Positions 45,224 to 54,756 of a DNA stretch of 64,000 nt are shown in pieces. Position 1 is the first letter of the stretch. Every line of letters starts with the position of its first letter. This stretch comes from an uncultured Candidatus Saccharibacteria bacterium (GTDB lineage: Bacteria > Patescibacteriota > Minisyncoccia > Phycocordibacterales > WO2-35-19), in the NCBI GenBank assembly GCA_964630525.1, contig CAZVUY010000002.1, positions 33,760 to 97,759 of the forward strand. Direction: 5' to 3'. Below the pieces are notes generated by a model. The model searched no databases. It had not been told where the DNA came from and was given only the letters and a program-made list of their open reading frames with translations. Made by a program: the position numbers and the translations under genes.

Positions 45224-47641
45224 ATGACATTTAGACAACTTCAAAAAATATCTTCTGCGCACCACTACCCGCTTTGGCTTGATAAATATTTCCCCAAGCT
45301 TGCCCGTAGTGTTTTGAGGAAACTATTTTCATTGGCGGCCGCTTTGGCTTTCATCTTTTCTTTTGATTCATTGCCCCTCTATTTTGGTAGCGCTGATGGA
45401 CTATTCTTCCTTTTTGCCGATCTCTACTTGATACTCTTTTTTCTCGAGATGTTTTACCGTTCGATGAAAGGTAAAGGAGTGAGGACTAGGGTCAGAGACA
45501 AACTTTCGGCGGATGGTTTGGAAGTGGATTATGCGCTTTCAAGTATTATTTTTGAAACAGACGAGATCGATGTGACCAGAGCCCTACTTGAAACAGCTAT
45601 TGGGCAACAGGTCTTGTTGCGTGCGGGGGTGGCTGAGTCGGATTGTCGGGATTTTGTTTATGGCAAGCGCTCACCGGTGCTCGCTACCTCTCTCCACTTG
45701 GAAGGCGAGGCAATAAATCTGGAGGAATACGTGGTGGCTGTCTACGAAGCGGATCGCTCGCTCCAATCTTTCCTTGCTTCTTATGGTGTCAGCAAAGAAG
45801 AGTTTAGAGGGGCGGCTCGCTGGGTGATGTCGCTTTCAGAACGTATGCGACGCGCGGAGCGTTTTTGGAGTCGAGAAAATTTGGGGTCGATTCCTTCGGT
45901 CGGCAAAAGCTGGTCTTATGGGGAAGCGGCTGATTTGGGCAAATATAGTAGCACATTCCTTTCTTCGCATGACATTTCTTTTTTGGATATTGAAAATGGT
46001 TATCGTGAGCGTGAGGTTTCTTTGCTTGAAAATATTTTGGAAAGGCAAGCTGAAGCCAATGCAGTCATTATCGATGATGATGAGGGTGTGGCGCGAGACA
46101 TTGTCGGCCGGCTCCTCAAAAAGATTAAATTAGGGTCGGCGCTACCCCCGATCGAACATAAAAATATTTTTGAACTCGAGTGGAATTTGTTGGTGGCTGA
46201 TTTCAAGAGCAAAACCGAATTAGAAAGGGAATTACTCAAGATATTGGATCAATCGGCAATGGCTGGCAATATTATTCTTTATGTTAGAGATCTGGTCGGC
46301 TTCGTGGGTAGCTGCAAAGGGCTTGGGGTGAACTTACCTTCTATTTTGGAACCATATTTGGCTTCACCAGTCCTACAGATCATCGCTTCGGTGACCAACA
46401 CTGATTTTCATTATTTTATCGAGACCAGTCCGGCTTTGTTGCAAAAATTTGAACGGGTGATTCCGGACAGGGTGGGGGCCGAGGCTTCGCTGCCAGTTTT
46501 GTTTGAACAGGTAGCCAATATAGAAAAAGAATCTTCGCTGCAGTTTTCTTATCCAGCGGTTTGGGCACTTGCCACTTCAGCGGAGCGCTTCAGTACTTAT
46601 GGCGAAATGCCAGGGAAGGCTCTCGATCTTCTTTTTGAGATCACTCCTTATGCTATTAGCAAAGGAATCAAAATACTGAGAGAAAAAGAAGTTATGATTT
46701 TTGTTTCTGAAAAGACAGGGGTAGCACAGGGTATAGTCAAAGACAGTGAGCTCGAGCAGATAGCTCATCTTGAAGAAGTTCTTCATAAGAGGGTGGTTGG
46801 TCAGGAAGAGGCGATCAATAGTATTGCAAGTGCTATGAGGCGAGCTCGTTCGGGAATCAACAATCCGAAGCGACCGCTCGCCTCGCTACTCTTTCTGGGG
46901 CCGACCGGTGTAGGCAAAACAGAAGTCACCAAAGCTCTCGCGGAAAACTTTTTTGGTGGCGAAAGCAAGATGATCCGATTCGATATGTCTGAATATAGCG
47001 GGGCTGATGCTCTCAATATTTTGACTGGTGATTTCGCAGCGAGCAAAAGTGGAGTGCTCGCCAACAAGGTGAGGGATGCGGGGACGGGGGTGCTCTTGTT
47101 AGACGAATTTGAAAAGGCTTCTCAGGAAGTTTTGGACCTATTTCTCCAGCTGCTCGATGAAGGCCTCTTCACTGATGCGCTCGGCAAGCCGGTCAACTGT
47201 CGCAATTTTATAATAATCGCTACCTCGAACGCTGGTAGTACCGATATCTGGCGAGTGGTCAGAGAAGGTGGAGAGCTTGGCGCAGAGCGCAACAATATTT
47301 TGAATAAAATTATCGAATCCAAAGTTTTCAAACCAGAACTCCTGAATCGTTTTGACGGAGTGGTGCTTTTCCGACCACTGGTGAATGATGAACTTTTGGG
47401 GGTAGCCAAGATTGGTTTGCAAAAATTGGCCGATAGGCTTAAAGAGAAGGATATCGAATTGATCATAAGCGATAGTTTGGTGAATTATCTGGTAGAAAAA
47501 GGGGCCGATCCGCAATTTGGTGCTCGAGCAATCAACCGCTTCATCCAAGAAAAAGTAGAAGACCTGATCGCCCGCAAAATGCTCAGTGGGGAAGCGGGGC
47601 CGGGGAGTGTTTTAGAAATAAAAACGAGCGAACTGGAATAA
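45224..47641 (+). CDS. membrane-anchored Clp/Hsp100-like AAA+ protein with Clp_N-like repeats, degenerate D1 and intact D2 ATPase module
   Basis: 805 aa; two N-terminal TMs; Clp_N-like repeats; D1 P-loop position reads AVIIDDDEGVARDIV (no GxxGxGKT) but keeps the IILYVRDLVGFVGS box; D2 intact: [32 protein letters not shown]. Confidence 0.8.
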   Translation: MTFRQLQKISSAHHYPLWLDKYFPKLARSVLRKLFSLAAALAFIFSFDSLPLYFGSADGLFFLFADLYLILFFLEMFYRSMKGKGVRTRVRDKLSADGLEVDYALSSIIFETDEIDVTRALLETAIGQQVLLRAGVAESDCRDFVYGKRSPVLATSLHLEGEAINLEEYVVAVYEADRSLQSFLASYGVSKEEFRGAARWVMSLSERMRRAERFWSRENLGSIPSVGKSWSYGEAADLGKYSSTFLSSHDISFLDIENGYREREVSLLENILERQAEANAVIIDDDEGVARDIVGRLLKKIKLGSALPPIEHKNIFELEWNLLVADFKSKTELERELLKILDQSAMAGNIILYVRDLVGFVGSCKGLGVNLPSILEPYLASPVLQIIASVTNTDFHYFIETSPALLQKFERVIPDRVGAEASLPVLFEQVANIEKESSLQFSYPAVWALATSAERFSTYGEMPGKALDLLFEITPYAISKGIKILREKEVMIFVSEKTGVAQGIVKDSELEQIAHLEEVLHKRVVGQEEAINSIASAMRRARSGINNPKRPLASLLFLGPTGVGKTEVTKALAENFFGGESKMIRFDMSEYSGADALNILTGDFAASKSGVLANKVRDAGTGVLLLDEFEKASQEVLDLFLQLLDEGLFTDALGKPVNCRNFIIIATSNAGSTDIWRVVREGGELGAERNNILNKIIESKVFKPELLNRFDGVVLFRPLVNDELLGVAKIGLQKLADRLKEKDIELIISDSLVNYLVEKGADPQFGARAINRFIQEKVEDLIARKMLSGEAGPGSVLEIKTSELE

Positions 47642-47741
47642 AAAATGCCCCACCCCCAACCCCTCCCCAAAGGGGAGGGGAAAAACACAAAAAATCATTT
47701 CTTTGATCGGAATAGATAAAACAAAATATTTTTTACTTTCC

Positions 47742-47769
47742 AAAAAATGGCTCAGTTGAGCCATTTTTT
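47742..47769. terminator. bidirectional intrinsic terminator
   Basis: AAAAAATGGCTC-AGTT-GAGCCATTTTTT. Confidence 0.6.
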
Positions 47770-47812
47770 GGTTACCAAACCAAACAAAATGCATTTTTCG
47801 TGTCAAAATCCT

Positions 47813-47846
47813 TGACAATATTTGTGGTTGTGCTACACTATTTCCA
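47813..47846 (+). promoter_or_regulatory. sigma-70-like promoter TTGACA-N16/17-TACACT
   Basis: near-consensus -35 and -10 hexamers upstream of a small GC-rich transcription unit. Confidence 0.45.
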
Positions 47847-47894
47847 GTTAGCTTTTTCAATTTTGTTTGAATTTTTCGTTCGCAAGGAGTCAGT

Positions 47895-47963
47895 ATGAGT
47901 CACCACGCAAACCGGGTTGGCCCGGCGACCACCGTCGCCACCAGCCATAAGATAACGGCCTGA
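47895..47963 (+). CDS. candidate 22-aa small ORF (MSHHANRVGPATTVATSHKITA) inside a hairpin-rich sRNA-like unit
   Basis: AAGGAG 5 nt upstream of ATG; the ORF body is made of GC hairpins (CCGGGTTGGCCCGG, GCGACCACCGTCGC), so an RNA function is equally likely. Confidence 0.3.
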   Translation: MSHHANRVGPATTVATSHKITA

Positions 47964-48284
47964 ACTGCCGGCGCCGGGCCGCGAGCGACCAAAAGGTCGC
48001 TCGCGGCCAGCGAAAATGAAGATGGTGTTTACCCCAAGCCCCGCCCCCAAGTCTAAATGACAAGGGAGCCGGGGCTTTTTATTTGCTATATTTTGTTTGA
48101 CACAAATTTTTATTTTGCTATTATTTTTCTCATGACCAAGAGCTTCCTCTTCGAGTCACCAGCGTCGGTTTGCTCCGGCTAAGCCACTTACGGCTTTAGG
48201 AGTAATCCGATGCCCACCCCGCCCCTCTTATGGTACCTACCCAGAGAGGGGTTTTTAATTACTCAAGTATGGTTCCGGTAGGGT

Positions 48285-49535
48285 TTGGGTGTTAGGATAT
48301 TTCAAATGAAAAATTTTTGGAACAAAATGAAAAAGTCCCACGACGCTGAAGCTTTGCGGGATAAACCAATACTTTGCCTTGCTCCCATGGCTGATGTGAC
48401 TGATGCGGCATTCCGCTACATTATCGCTAAACACAGCAAAAATGACAAAGGGTGCCCCTTTGTCATTTGGACAGAATTTGTTTCGGCTGATGGGCTTGCT
48501 TTGGCGCCGGAGGAAGGTCGAAGGAAACTTTTGAAAGATTTGGAGTACAGCGAGATCGAACGGCCGATAGTCGCTCAGTTTTTTACTTCTCGGCCGGAAA
48601 ACATGGAGAAGGTAGCTCGGCTAGCGCTTGAACTTGGGTTTGATGGGGTGGATATCAACATGGGCTGTCCGGACAAGAGTATTGAAAAGCAGGGTGCCGG
48701 TGCTGCTCTCATTAAAAATCCTAGTTTGGCCAAAGAAATCATTTTGGCAGCGAGGCGGGGAGTAAATGATGAGATACCAGTTTCGGTCAAGACCCGGATT
48801 GGATATAACAAAGACGAAATCGAAACTTGGATACCAAATTTGCTAGAAGTTTCTCCGGCTGTCATCACCATTCACGCCCGCACTCGCAAAGAAATGTCAA
48901 AGGTAGCCGCAAGGTGGGAGCATGTGAAGCGAGCAGTTGAGATCAGAGATGAAATACAAAATTTTCCTCCACCACATCCCCAGAAATGCACGGATATTTT
49001 TCTGCTGAAAAATTCCTCGTGCTCGCCTCAGTCAGGCTCGCAAGGCATTTCTGGAGATATGGTTTCAGAAAATTTAAGAAAAACCCTGATTTTCGGCAAT
49101 GGGGATGTGGCAAGTGTAGCAGATGCTTATAAAAAAGCGGAGGAAACAGGAGCAGATGGAGTGATGCTCGGCCGAGCCATTTTCGGCAACCCGTTTCTAT
49201 TTGCTGGTTATGAACCGACTTGGCAGGAGAGGTTAGCGGTACTTGTAGAACATACTTTTTTGTTTGAAAAGAAATTTGGTGGGGTAAACCCTGTAGTAGA
49301 TTTTGGCATAGCACAAAGTGCGGATAAAAGATCCAATGCCAAAATTCACTACGGGGTAAAAAGCTTCGCGGTCATGAAAAAACATTTTAAATCATATTTA
49401 TCTTATGTTTCTCACGCCAAAGAAGATCCCGCTTGGCACCAGGCTGTCAAAAATTTACGCGAAGAATTGATGCTGGCTGAGAGTGCCTTAGCTGTGTCCG
49501 AACTGGTAGAAAAATTTTTGCTCAAGTATAATTAA
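48285..49535 (+). CDS. Dus family tRNA-dihydrouridine synthase carrying two in-frame repeat-derived insertions
   Basis: LAPMADVTD...FDGVDINMGCP...SVKTRIG...HARTR Dus TIM-barrel motifs; REP palindrome encodes NDKGCPFVIW (48442-48466); a ~110-bp palindromic repeat-family element encodes an extra ~45 aa (48950-49080); 416 aa versus ~320-350 typical. Confidence 0.8.
   Translation: MGVRIFQMKNFWNKMKKSHDAEALRDKPILCLAPMADVTDAAFRYIIAKHSKNDKGCPFVIWTEFVSADGLALAPEEGRRKLLKDLEYSEIERPIVAQFFTSRPENMEKVARLALELGFDGVDINMGCPDKSIEKQGAGAALIKNPSLAKEIILAARRGVNDEIPVSVKTRIGYNKDEIETWIPNLLEVSPAVITIHARTRKEMSKVAARWEHVKRAVEIRDEIQNFPPPHPQKCTDIFLLKNSSCSPQSGSQGISGDMVSENLRKTLIFGNGDVASVADAYKKAEETGADGVMLGRAIFGNPFLFAGYEPTWQERLAVLVEHTFLFEKKFGGVNPVVDFGIAQSADKRSNAKIHYGVKSFAVMKKHFKSYLSYVSHAKEDPAWHQAVKNLREELMLAESALAVSELVEKFLLKYN
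48446..48462. repeat. REP palindrome copy 3 (in frame inside dus); extended 25-nt palindrome 48442-48466
   Basis: ATGACAAAGGG-TGC-CCCTTTGTCAT; core identical to the RayT-flanking REPs. Confidence 0.8.
48960..49075. repeat. palindromic repeat element D (in frame inside dus)
   Basis: terminal IR CAGAAATGC...GCATTTCTG; interior TTTTCTGCTGAAAA...CCTCAG homologous to element S. Confidence 0.65.
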
Positions 49536-49538
49536 ACT

Positions 49539-49763
49539 ATGGAATTTGATCTGATACCGTTTTTGAGCTTTTCTTTTTCTGCTGCCACTTTGGCCAGGTT
49601 GGTCTTTTATCTGGTGGTTTTGTTTGTCGGTGTCACTTCTGCTATTTTGTTTTTCCACTGGCGCCGCTATGGTCTGTCGAAAGGGGTGATCGCGGTGACC
49701 GAGACCATTTATTTTTCAGTCTGCGTACTGCTTGTCGGAGCCGCTTTTTTGGCACTACCTTAG
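49539..49763 (+). CDS. hypothetical two-TM small membrane protein
   Basis: 74 aa. Confidence 0.4.
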   Translation: MEFDLIPFLSFSFSAATLARLVFYLVVLFVGVTSAILFFHWRRYGLSKGVIAVTETIYFSVCVLLVGAAFLALP

Positions 49764-49780
49764 TATTTTATTATTTTTAT

Positions 49781-49897
49781 GACTTACGCAAAAATAGTTC
49801 TTGAGCGAGATTCCGGAAGCTGCCGGAAAGCTGAGGACAAGGAAATTTTTAGCAAAAAATTTCCGTATCGAGCGAAAGAAACTATTTTGGAGTAAGT
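49781..49897. repeat. palindromic repeat element C (117 bp), inverted orientation relative to S
   Basis: GACTTACGCAAAAATAGTTCTTGAGCGAG ... CTATTTTGGAGTAAGTC; reverse complement aligns with element S except for a 38-bp internal deletion; contains GGAAATTTTTAGCAAAAAATTTCC. Confidence 0.75.
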
Positions 49898-49911
49898 CTT
49901 ATTTTTTTGAA

Positions 49912-50445
49912 ATGATTAAATTTGAAGAAGGCGAACAGAATCTCAAAGTGATCCGGAGGCACTGGTTTGTGATATTACCGATCTTGATCGGTACTGTTAT
50001 TTTGGCTCTGGCCCCACTTGTTTTGTTTTATGTTTTCACTTCAGACCTTATCCAGACTGACAATTTTATAGCCAAAGAGAACATTAGCCAATTTCAATCT
50101 TTTGTTGCAGAGTGGCAAACTTTTCTTTATGCCATCTGGCTCCTGTTGCTCTGGACTTTCTTTTTCATCGAGTGGACTGATTATTATCTAGACCTTTGGG
50201 TTATCACCGATCGGCGGATTATTGACGTCGAGCAAAAAGGTTTTTTCCATCGCGAAGTGACCAGCTTTGCTTATAACCAGATTCAAGATATCACTGTCGA
50301 AACCAAGGGTTTACTCGAGACATTTTTAAAATTTGGCACCCTACATATCCAAACTGCCGGTCACAACCGAGATATCATCATCAAATCAGCTCAAAGTCCG
50401 GAAGAGGCTAGGTCTTTGATTTTGAGAATACAAGGGAAATTGTAA
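49912..50445 (+). CDS. bacterial PH-domain (YdbS/YdbT-like, DUF304) membrane protein; start moved downstream of the repeat element (track ORF begins 49801)
   Basis: two TMs then a PH-like beta-sandwich segment (VITDRRIIDVEQKG...). Confidence 0.55.
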   Translation: MIKFEEGEQNLKVIRRHWFVILPILIGTVILALAPLVLFYVFTSDLIQTDNFIAKENISQFQSFVAEWQTFLYAIWLLLLWTFFFIEWTDYYLDLWVITDRRIIDVEQKGFFHREVTSFAYNQIQDITVETKGLLETFLKFGTLHIQTAGHNRDIIIKSAQSPEEARSLILRIQGKL

Positions 50446-50929
50446 GCCAAATCGCTCCCAGTAAATAACCAGCCAAAACATCAGAAAGATAATGAACTCC
50501 AAGGTAGAGCCTACTGATACCGATGAGTAAGATCAGTATTGCTAGCAACAAAATCAACGGATTTTTAAAATGGTGTTGATCGTGCTTGTAAGCGAAGTAG
50601 AGGAGGAAGCCGTAGAGGGCGACAGCGATAGTCGCGTGTCCGCTCGGGAAAGAGTGGCTACTTTCCAAATAAAAAGCTTGAGCTGGCCTCGCTTTTCCAA
50701 AAAAATCTTTGATTAAAAATACAGTCGAGGTGCTACCTATAACCGCTAGTAAGAGGGCGGCCGCTTTTTTAAATTCACGGTGCAAAAGAAAAGAAGCGAC
50801 GGAAAAGGTGGCTACCAACGAACTTACTAAGTACCCTCCGGTGTAAGTGACAGTAAGCATCATAAAAGAGAGCCATTCAGTCTGGTAAGTTACAAAAAAG
50901 GAGAGGATGGCAGAATCTATTTGTTCCAT
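50408..50929 (-). CDS. PAP2-family phosphatase (undecaprenyl-diphosphatase / PgpB-like)
   Basis: KDFFGKARP, PSGHA, SRLYLGVHYLSD acid-phosphatase motifs; six TMs. Confidence 0.8.
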   Translation of the reverse strand: MEQIDSAILSFFVTYQTEWLSFMMLTVTYTGGYLVSSLVATFSVASFLLHREFKKAAALLLAVIGSTSTVFLIKDFFGKARPAQAFYLESSHSFPSGHATIAVALYGFLLYFAYKHDQHHFKNPLILLLAILILLIGISRLYLGVHYLSDVLAGYLLGAIWLTISLVFSKSKT

Positions 50930-51002
50930 GGCTCAATTATAAAACAATATTCAATTTTTGACTTCAAGCCGGAAAAACCATACAATGGCTATTTGTTGAC
51001 CC

Positions 51003-51281
51003 ATGGAAGAGAATAATATTGACTTGAAAAATAGTTTAGAGTTAGCCAGGAAGAAATTTTATGTTCTGGCCTTTGAAATTTTTTTGATATTCGGCTTGCC
51101 GGCGGGAGCCGCTTTTTTTCTGGGCAAATATTTGATCGAGAGTCACGGGTTTGGCAAACTAGCTCAGGTCCTGGCTCTAGTAGTTGCTTTCGTGTTGAGT
51201 TGGGTTATTTTCATTTTTAAATTTAGGGAAATTTCTAAGGAGATAGCCGATCTCAAGAACAAGATCGATAAGAAACAATAG
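51003..51281 (+). CDS. putative ATP synthase protein I (AtpZ/AtpI-like) small membrane protein
   Basis: 92 aa, two TMs, immediately upstream of atpB. Confidence 0.4.
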   Translation: MEENNIDLKNSLELARKKFYVLAFEIFLIFGLPAGAAFFLGKYLIESHGFGKLAQVLALVVAFVLSWVIFIFKFREISKEIADLKNKIDKKQ

Positions 51282-51286
51282 AACAG

Positions 51287-52072
51287 ATGAATTTTTTACA
51301 AATAAAACAAGAGATACCAACAGTAGCTCCAGAGATCGTTTTTCGGTTGGCCGATTGGCCCATCTCCAATTCTTTTTTGATGTCTGTATTTGTATTGGTA
51401 CTTTTTGTGTTGCTGTCTTTCTACACCAGTCTGGCAGTACGCAAACCTTATGGTTACTTCTTAGCGATGGTTGAGACGGTTTATGAAGTGCTCATCTCTT
51501 TTTTGCGAAAATTAAGCGGTAGCGAACGTGTTGCTAAATTTATTTTGCCCCTCTCGGCCTCGATTTTTATGTTTGTAGCTTTGTCCAATATAATATCGAT
51601 GGTGCCCGGGCTTTCAAGCATCACTTATGACGGAGTACCTATTTTCCGGACGCCCACTTCTGACTTCAACACCACTTTTGGGTTGGCGCTCGGGATGATC
51701 TTCGTCATCAATCTCTTGTCAATCAAAGATTTTGGTCTGATAGAATACATCGGAAAATTCATTCAAATTAAAAATGTAATAAATGGATTTAGAAGCGGTA
51801 TTAAAGATGGGGTCTTTGCTCTTATCAATTTTGGCATAGGCTTACTTGACATAATTTCTGAATTAGCGAAAATAATATCGCTCTCTCTGCGTTTATTTGG
51901 CAACATCTATGCCGGAGAAGTGCTAATTGTGGTTTTGTTTGGAGCCCTGGCTTACATCGTACCCAGTCTTTGGATGTCGATGTCTCTCGTTTTTGGTCTG
52001 GTGCAGGCGATTGTCTTTTCGTCCCTGATCACCGTTTATTATGTCCAATCAAGGAAGCCGGGCGATGACTAA
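51287..52072 (+). CDS. atpB: F0F1 ATP synthase subunit a
   Basis: LSLRLFGNIYAGE conserved Arg helix, five TMs. Confidence 0.85.
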   Translation: MNFLQIKQEIPTVAPEIVFRLADWPISNSFLMSVFVLVLFVLLSFYTSLAVRKPYGYFLAMVETVYEVLISFLRKLSGSERVAKFILPLSASIFMFVALSNIISMVPGLSSITYDGVPIFRTPTSDFNTTFGLALGMIFVINLLSIKDFGLIEYIGKFIQIKNVINGFRSGIKDGVFALINFGIGLLDIISELAKIISLSLRLFGNIYAGEVLIVVLFGALAYIVPSLWMSMSLVFGLVQAIVFSSLITVYYVQSRKPGDD

Positions 52073-52124
52073 CGAAAATCATCGCGAGAGCTTTTTTATT
52101 GGTTATTAATTTTTAGCAAATCTT

Positions 52125-52358
52125 ATGGAACAAGCAGCTCTTTTGTCAGTAGAAGCGGCCAAGATGATCGCCAAAGGCATCATTGCTTTCTCAATGGTGG
52201 GCACTGCGATCGGTGAAGGTTTGGTGGTGTCTAAAGCCCTTGAATCTATCGGCCGCAATCCAGCCGAGACAGATTCGATCTTTAGCAAAATGATTATCGG
52301 TGTTGCGATGTGTGAATCGACCGCGATTTACGCTTTGGTCATGTTCTTCGTTATCTAA
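52125..52358 (+). CDS. atpE: F0F1 ATP synthase subunit c
   Basis: 77-aa helical hairpin, GRNP loop, carboxylate Glu in helix 2 (CESTAIY). Confidence 0.85.
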   Translation: MEQAALLSVEAAKMIAKGIIAFSMVGTAIGEGLVVSKALESIGRNPAETDSIFSKMIIGVAMCESTAIYALVMFFVI

Positions 52359-52361
52359 CAA

Positions 52362-52859
52362 ATGATTGTCGAGATTCTTTCAAAAATAGGTTTTGATTGG
52401 CATCTTGCTCTGGCTAACACAGTCAACTTTTTGGCTATCTTTTTTGTTCTCAAAAAATATTTTTTTAGACCACTCGCGGATAGTCTGGAAAAAAGAAAAC
52501 AAATGGTTAACGACAGTCTAAGTAGTTCTAAACTAGCTGAAGCCAAACTAGCAGAAGCGCTGGAAGAGAAAGATCGTATTATTCTCGAGGCTCACCAAAA
52601 AGCTAAGCGGCTGACTGATAAGGCTGAAGCCAAGGGTGAAGAGATCTTTGCCCACTTCAAAGATGAGGGTGCGCGTGAGAAGGAGAGGCTGATTGCTCTC
52701 GGCGAGACAGAAGTTGCTCGCAAAGAACAAGAAGCCAGAATAATGATCCAAAATGAATCGGCCGAACTTATAGTCTCGGGCGCAGAGAAGCTGATTGGCG
52801 AGGATTTGGACCAAAGTGTTAGAGATGATTTTATGAGAAAAATATCCCAATCAATATGA
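52362..52859 (+). CDS. atpF: F0F1 ATP synthase subunit b
   Basis: N-terminal TM then long charged coiled coil. Confidence 0.8.
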   Translation: MIVEILSKIGFDWHLALANTVNFLAIFFVLKKYFFRPLADSLEKRKQMVNDSLSSSKLAEAKLAEALEEKDRIILEAHQKAKRLTDKAEAKGEEIFAHFKDEGAREKERLIALGETEVARKEQEARIMIQNESAELIVSGAEKLIGEDLDQSVRDDFMRKISQSI

Positions 52860-53251
52860 TTTCCCACAAAGTGATCGCTGACCTTATCAACGAAGTTGGC
52901 CAGAGTGACAAAGGTGCTGATCAAGCTCAGCAAATTTGGGATTTTCTCAGCAAATATAATTTAGAAACTTTGGTGGAAAAGTCGATCAGGGTACTTGAGC
53001 TAAGGCAAAGAGAAGATTCAAATTTTGAAACCCTCATTATTCGTAGCCATCAAGCCAAAATCGACGAGAGGGTGATCACTAATATCAAAAAAGCTTTGGT
53101 AGTTGACCCAAAAGCTCTAATAAGGATCGAGGTTGACCCACAAGTCAAAGCCGGATTCATAGCTTCTTATCGAGGTAAAATGTTTGACGCTAGACTTGAA
53201 AGTTTGGCTAGAAAAATGTCAAAAACATTAAAAGAAAATTTTGAAAATTAA
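52856..53251 (+). CDS. atpH: F0F1 ATP synthase subunit delta (short OSCP)
   Basis: 131 aa; C-terminal GFIASYRGKMFDARLE resembles the delta C-terminus; operon position. Confidence 0.65.
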   Translation: MISHKVIADLINEVGQSDKGADQAQQIWDFLSKYNLETLVEKSIRVLELRQREDSNFETLIIRSHQAKIDERVITNIKKALVVDPKALIRIEVDPQVKAGFIASYRGKMFDARLESLARKMSKTLKENFEN

Positions 53252-53254
53252 TTT

Positions 53255-54748
53255 ATGAAGACCGAATCACTAATCAAGAATTTAAAGCAACGCATTCAGG
53301 ATTTCAAATCAAATCCTGAAATTGAAGAAGTCGGTTCGGTAGTCGAGGTGTATGACTCGGTGGTGAAAATTTCTGGTCTGACCAACTGCAAAGCTTCTGA
53401 GATGCTCCAGTTTGAATCAGGAGCGGTTGGCTTGGCACTCAACCTAGAGGAAGATTTGGTTGGAGCGGTTATTTTCGATCAAGCGGCGACCATCAAAGAG
53501 GGCGATATCGTCAAAAGGACAGGGGAAGTATTAAAGGTGCCAGTGGGGGAAGCTTTTTTGGGTAGAGTAGTGGATCCACTTTTGCGACCGATCGATGGGG
53601 CGGGGAGCATTAAACCTTCTGCCGAATACTTGGTAGAACGTAGTGCGCCGGGTGTGATGGAGAGAGAGCCTGTCTCGGTATCTTTGGAAACGGGTATCAA
53701 ATCAGTCGATTCAATGATTCCGATTGGTCGGGGTCAGCGAGAACTAATCATTGGAGACCGTCAGACTGGTAAAACCGCAATCGCTCTCGATACGATCATC
53801 AACCAAAAAGGCAAGGGAGTCATTTGCATCTATGTTGCTATTGGTCAGAAAAAATCAAAAACAGCCAGAGTAGTAAATTTTCTTAAGGAGCACGGTGCTC
53901 TTGATTATACAACTGTTGTTTTGGCTGGTAGCTCAGATGGGGCACCGCTTTCTTTCGTGGCACCATATGCGGCGACGGCTCTCGCGGAGTATTTCATGGA
54001 TCAAAAAAAGGACGTTCTCATTATTTATGACGATCTTTCCAAACACGCAGTGGCTTATCGGGAAATGTCTCTCCTTCTGCGTCGACCACCGGGTCGCGAG
54101 GCTTTTCCTGGAGATGTGTTCTATCTCCACTCAAGACTTCTAGAGAGGTCTTCGAGAAGGTCAGCCGAATTTGGTGGTGGCTCGATCACCGCGCTGCCGA
54201 TCATTGAAACTCAGGCTGGTGATATCAGTGCCTATATTCCGACCAACGTTATTTCTATCACTGATGGTCAAATATTTTTGGAGAGCGCTCTCTTCAATAA
54301 AGGTGTTAGACCAGCCATCAATATCGGACTCTCAGTTTCTCGAGTCGGTAGCGCTGCTCAGATAAAGTCAATGAAAAAAACTTCTGGTCGTATGAAGCTT
54401 GATCTGGCTCAGTTTAGGGAACTAGAAAGTTTTGCTCAATTTGCTAGTGACTTGGACGAGGAGACCAAAAGGGTTATCGAAAAAGGTAAGAAAGTGACCG
54501 AACTTCTAAAGCAGAAAAATGGTGAACCTTTGCGAGTCGGTGCCCAAGTAGTTCTTTTCTTTGCGGTAAATAACGGTTATTTGGATCAAGTTCCACTAGA
54601 CCAGGTTAAGAAGTGGGAGAGCGAGCTGCTGAAACTTTTACTATCATCAGAGGAAAGTTTGTTGCTCGAGATAGAGTCTGGATGGAGTGAAGAGGTGGAG
54701 CAAAAGCTCAAAAATTTCATGGAAGATTTCACTATGCCGACCAAATAA
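53255..54748 (+). CDS. atpA: F0F1 ATP synthase subunit alpha
   Basis: [12 protein letters not shown]-loop, alpha-type signature. Confidence 0.95.
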   Translation: MKTESLIKNLKQRIQDFKSNPEIEEVGSVVEVYDSVVKISGLTNCKASEMLQFESGAVGLALNLEEDLVGAVIFDQAATIKEGDIVKRTGEVLKVPVGEAFLGRVVDPLLRPIDGAGSIKPSAEYLVERSAPGVMEREPVSVSLETGIKSVDSMIPIGRGQRELIIGDRQTGKTAIALDTIINQKGKGVICIYVAIGQKKSKTARVVNFLKEHGALDYTTVVLAGSSDGAPLSFVAPYAATALAEYFMDQKKDVLIIYDDLSKHAVAYREMSLLLRRPPGREAFPGDVFYLHSRLLERSSRRSAEFGGGSITALPIIETQAGDISAYIPTNVISITDGQIFLESALFNKGVRPAINIGLSVSRVGSAAQIKSMKKTSGRMKLDLAQFRELESFAQFASDLDEETKRVIEKGKKVTELLKQKNGEPLRVGAQVVLFFAVNNGYLDQVPLDQVKKWESELLKLLLSSEESLLLEIESGWSEEVEQKLKNFMEDFTMPTK

Positions 54749-54756
54749 TTAATGCT

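Noticed and set aside
47660-47680. CCCCTCCCC-AAA-GGGGAGGGG hairpin as the clp-like gene terminator
   Set aside because: No downstream U-tract on the plus strand; the AAAAAATGGCTC..GAGCCATTTTTT hairpin at 47742-47769 is the better terminator. The GC hairpin may still be structural.
49801-49911. N-terminal 37 codons of track ORF 49801..50445
   Set aside because: This stretch is the body of palindromic repeat element C; the PH-domain gene more plausibly starts at ATG 49912.
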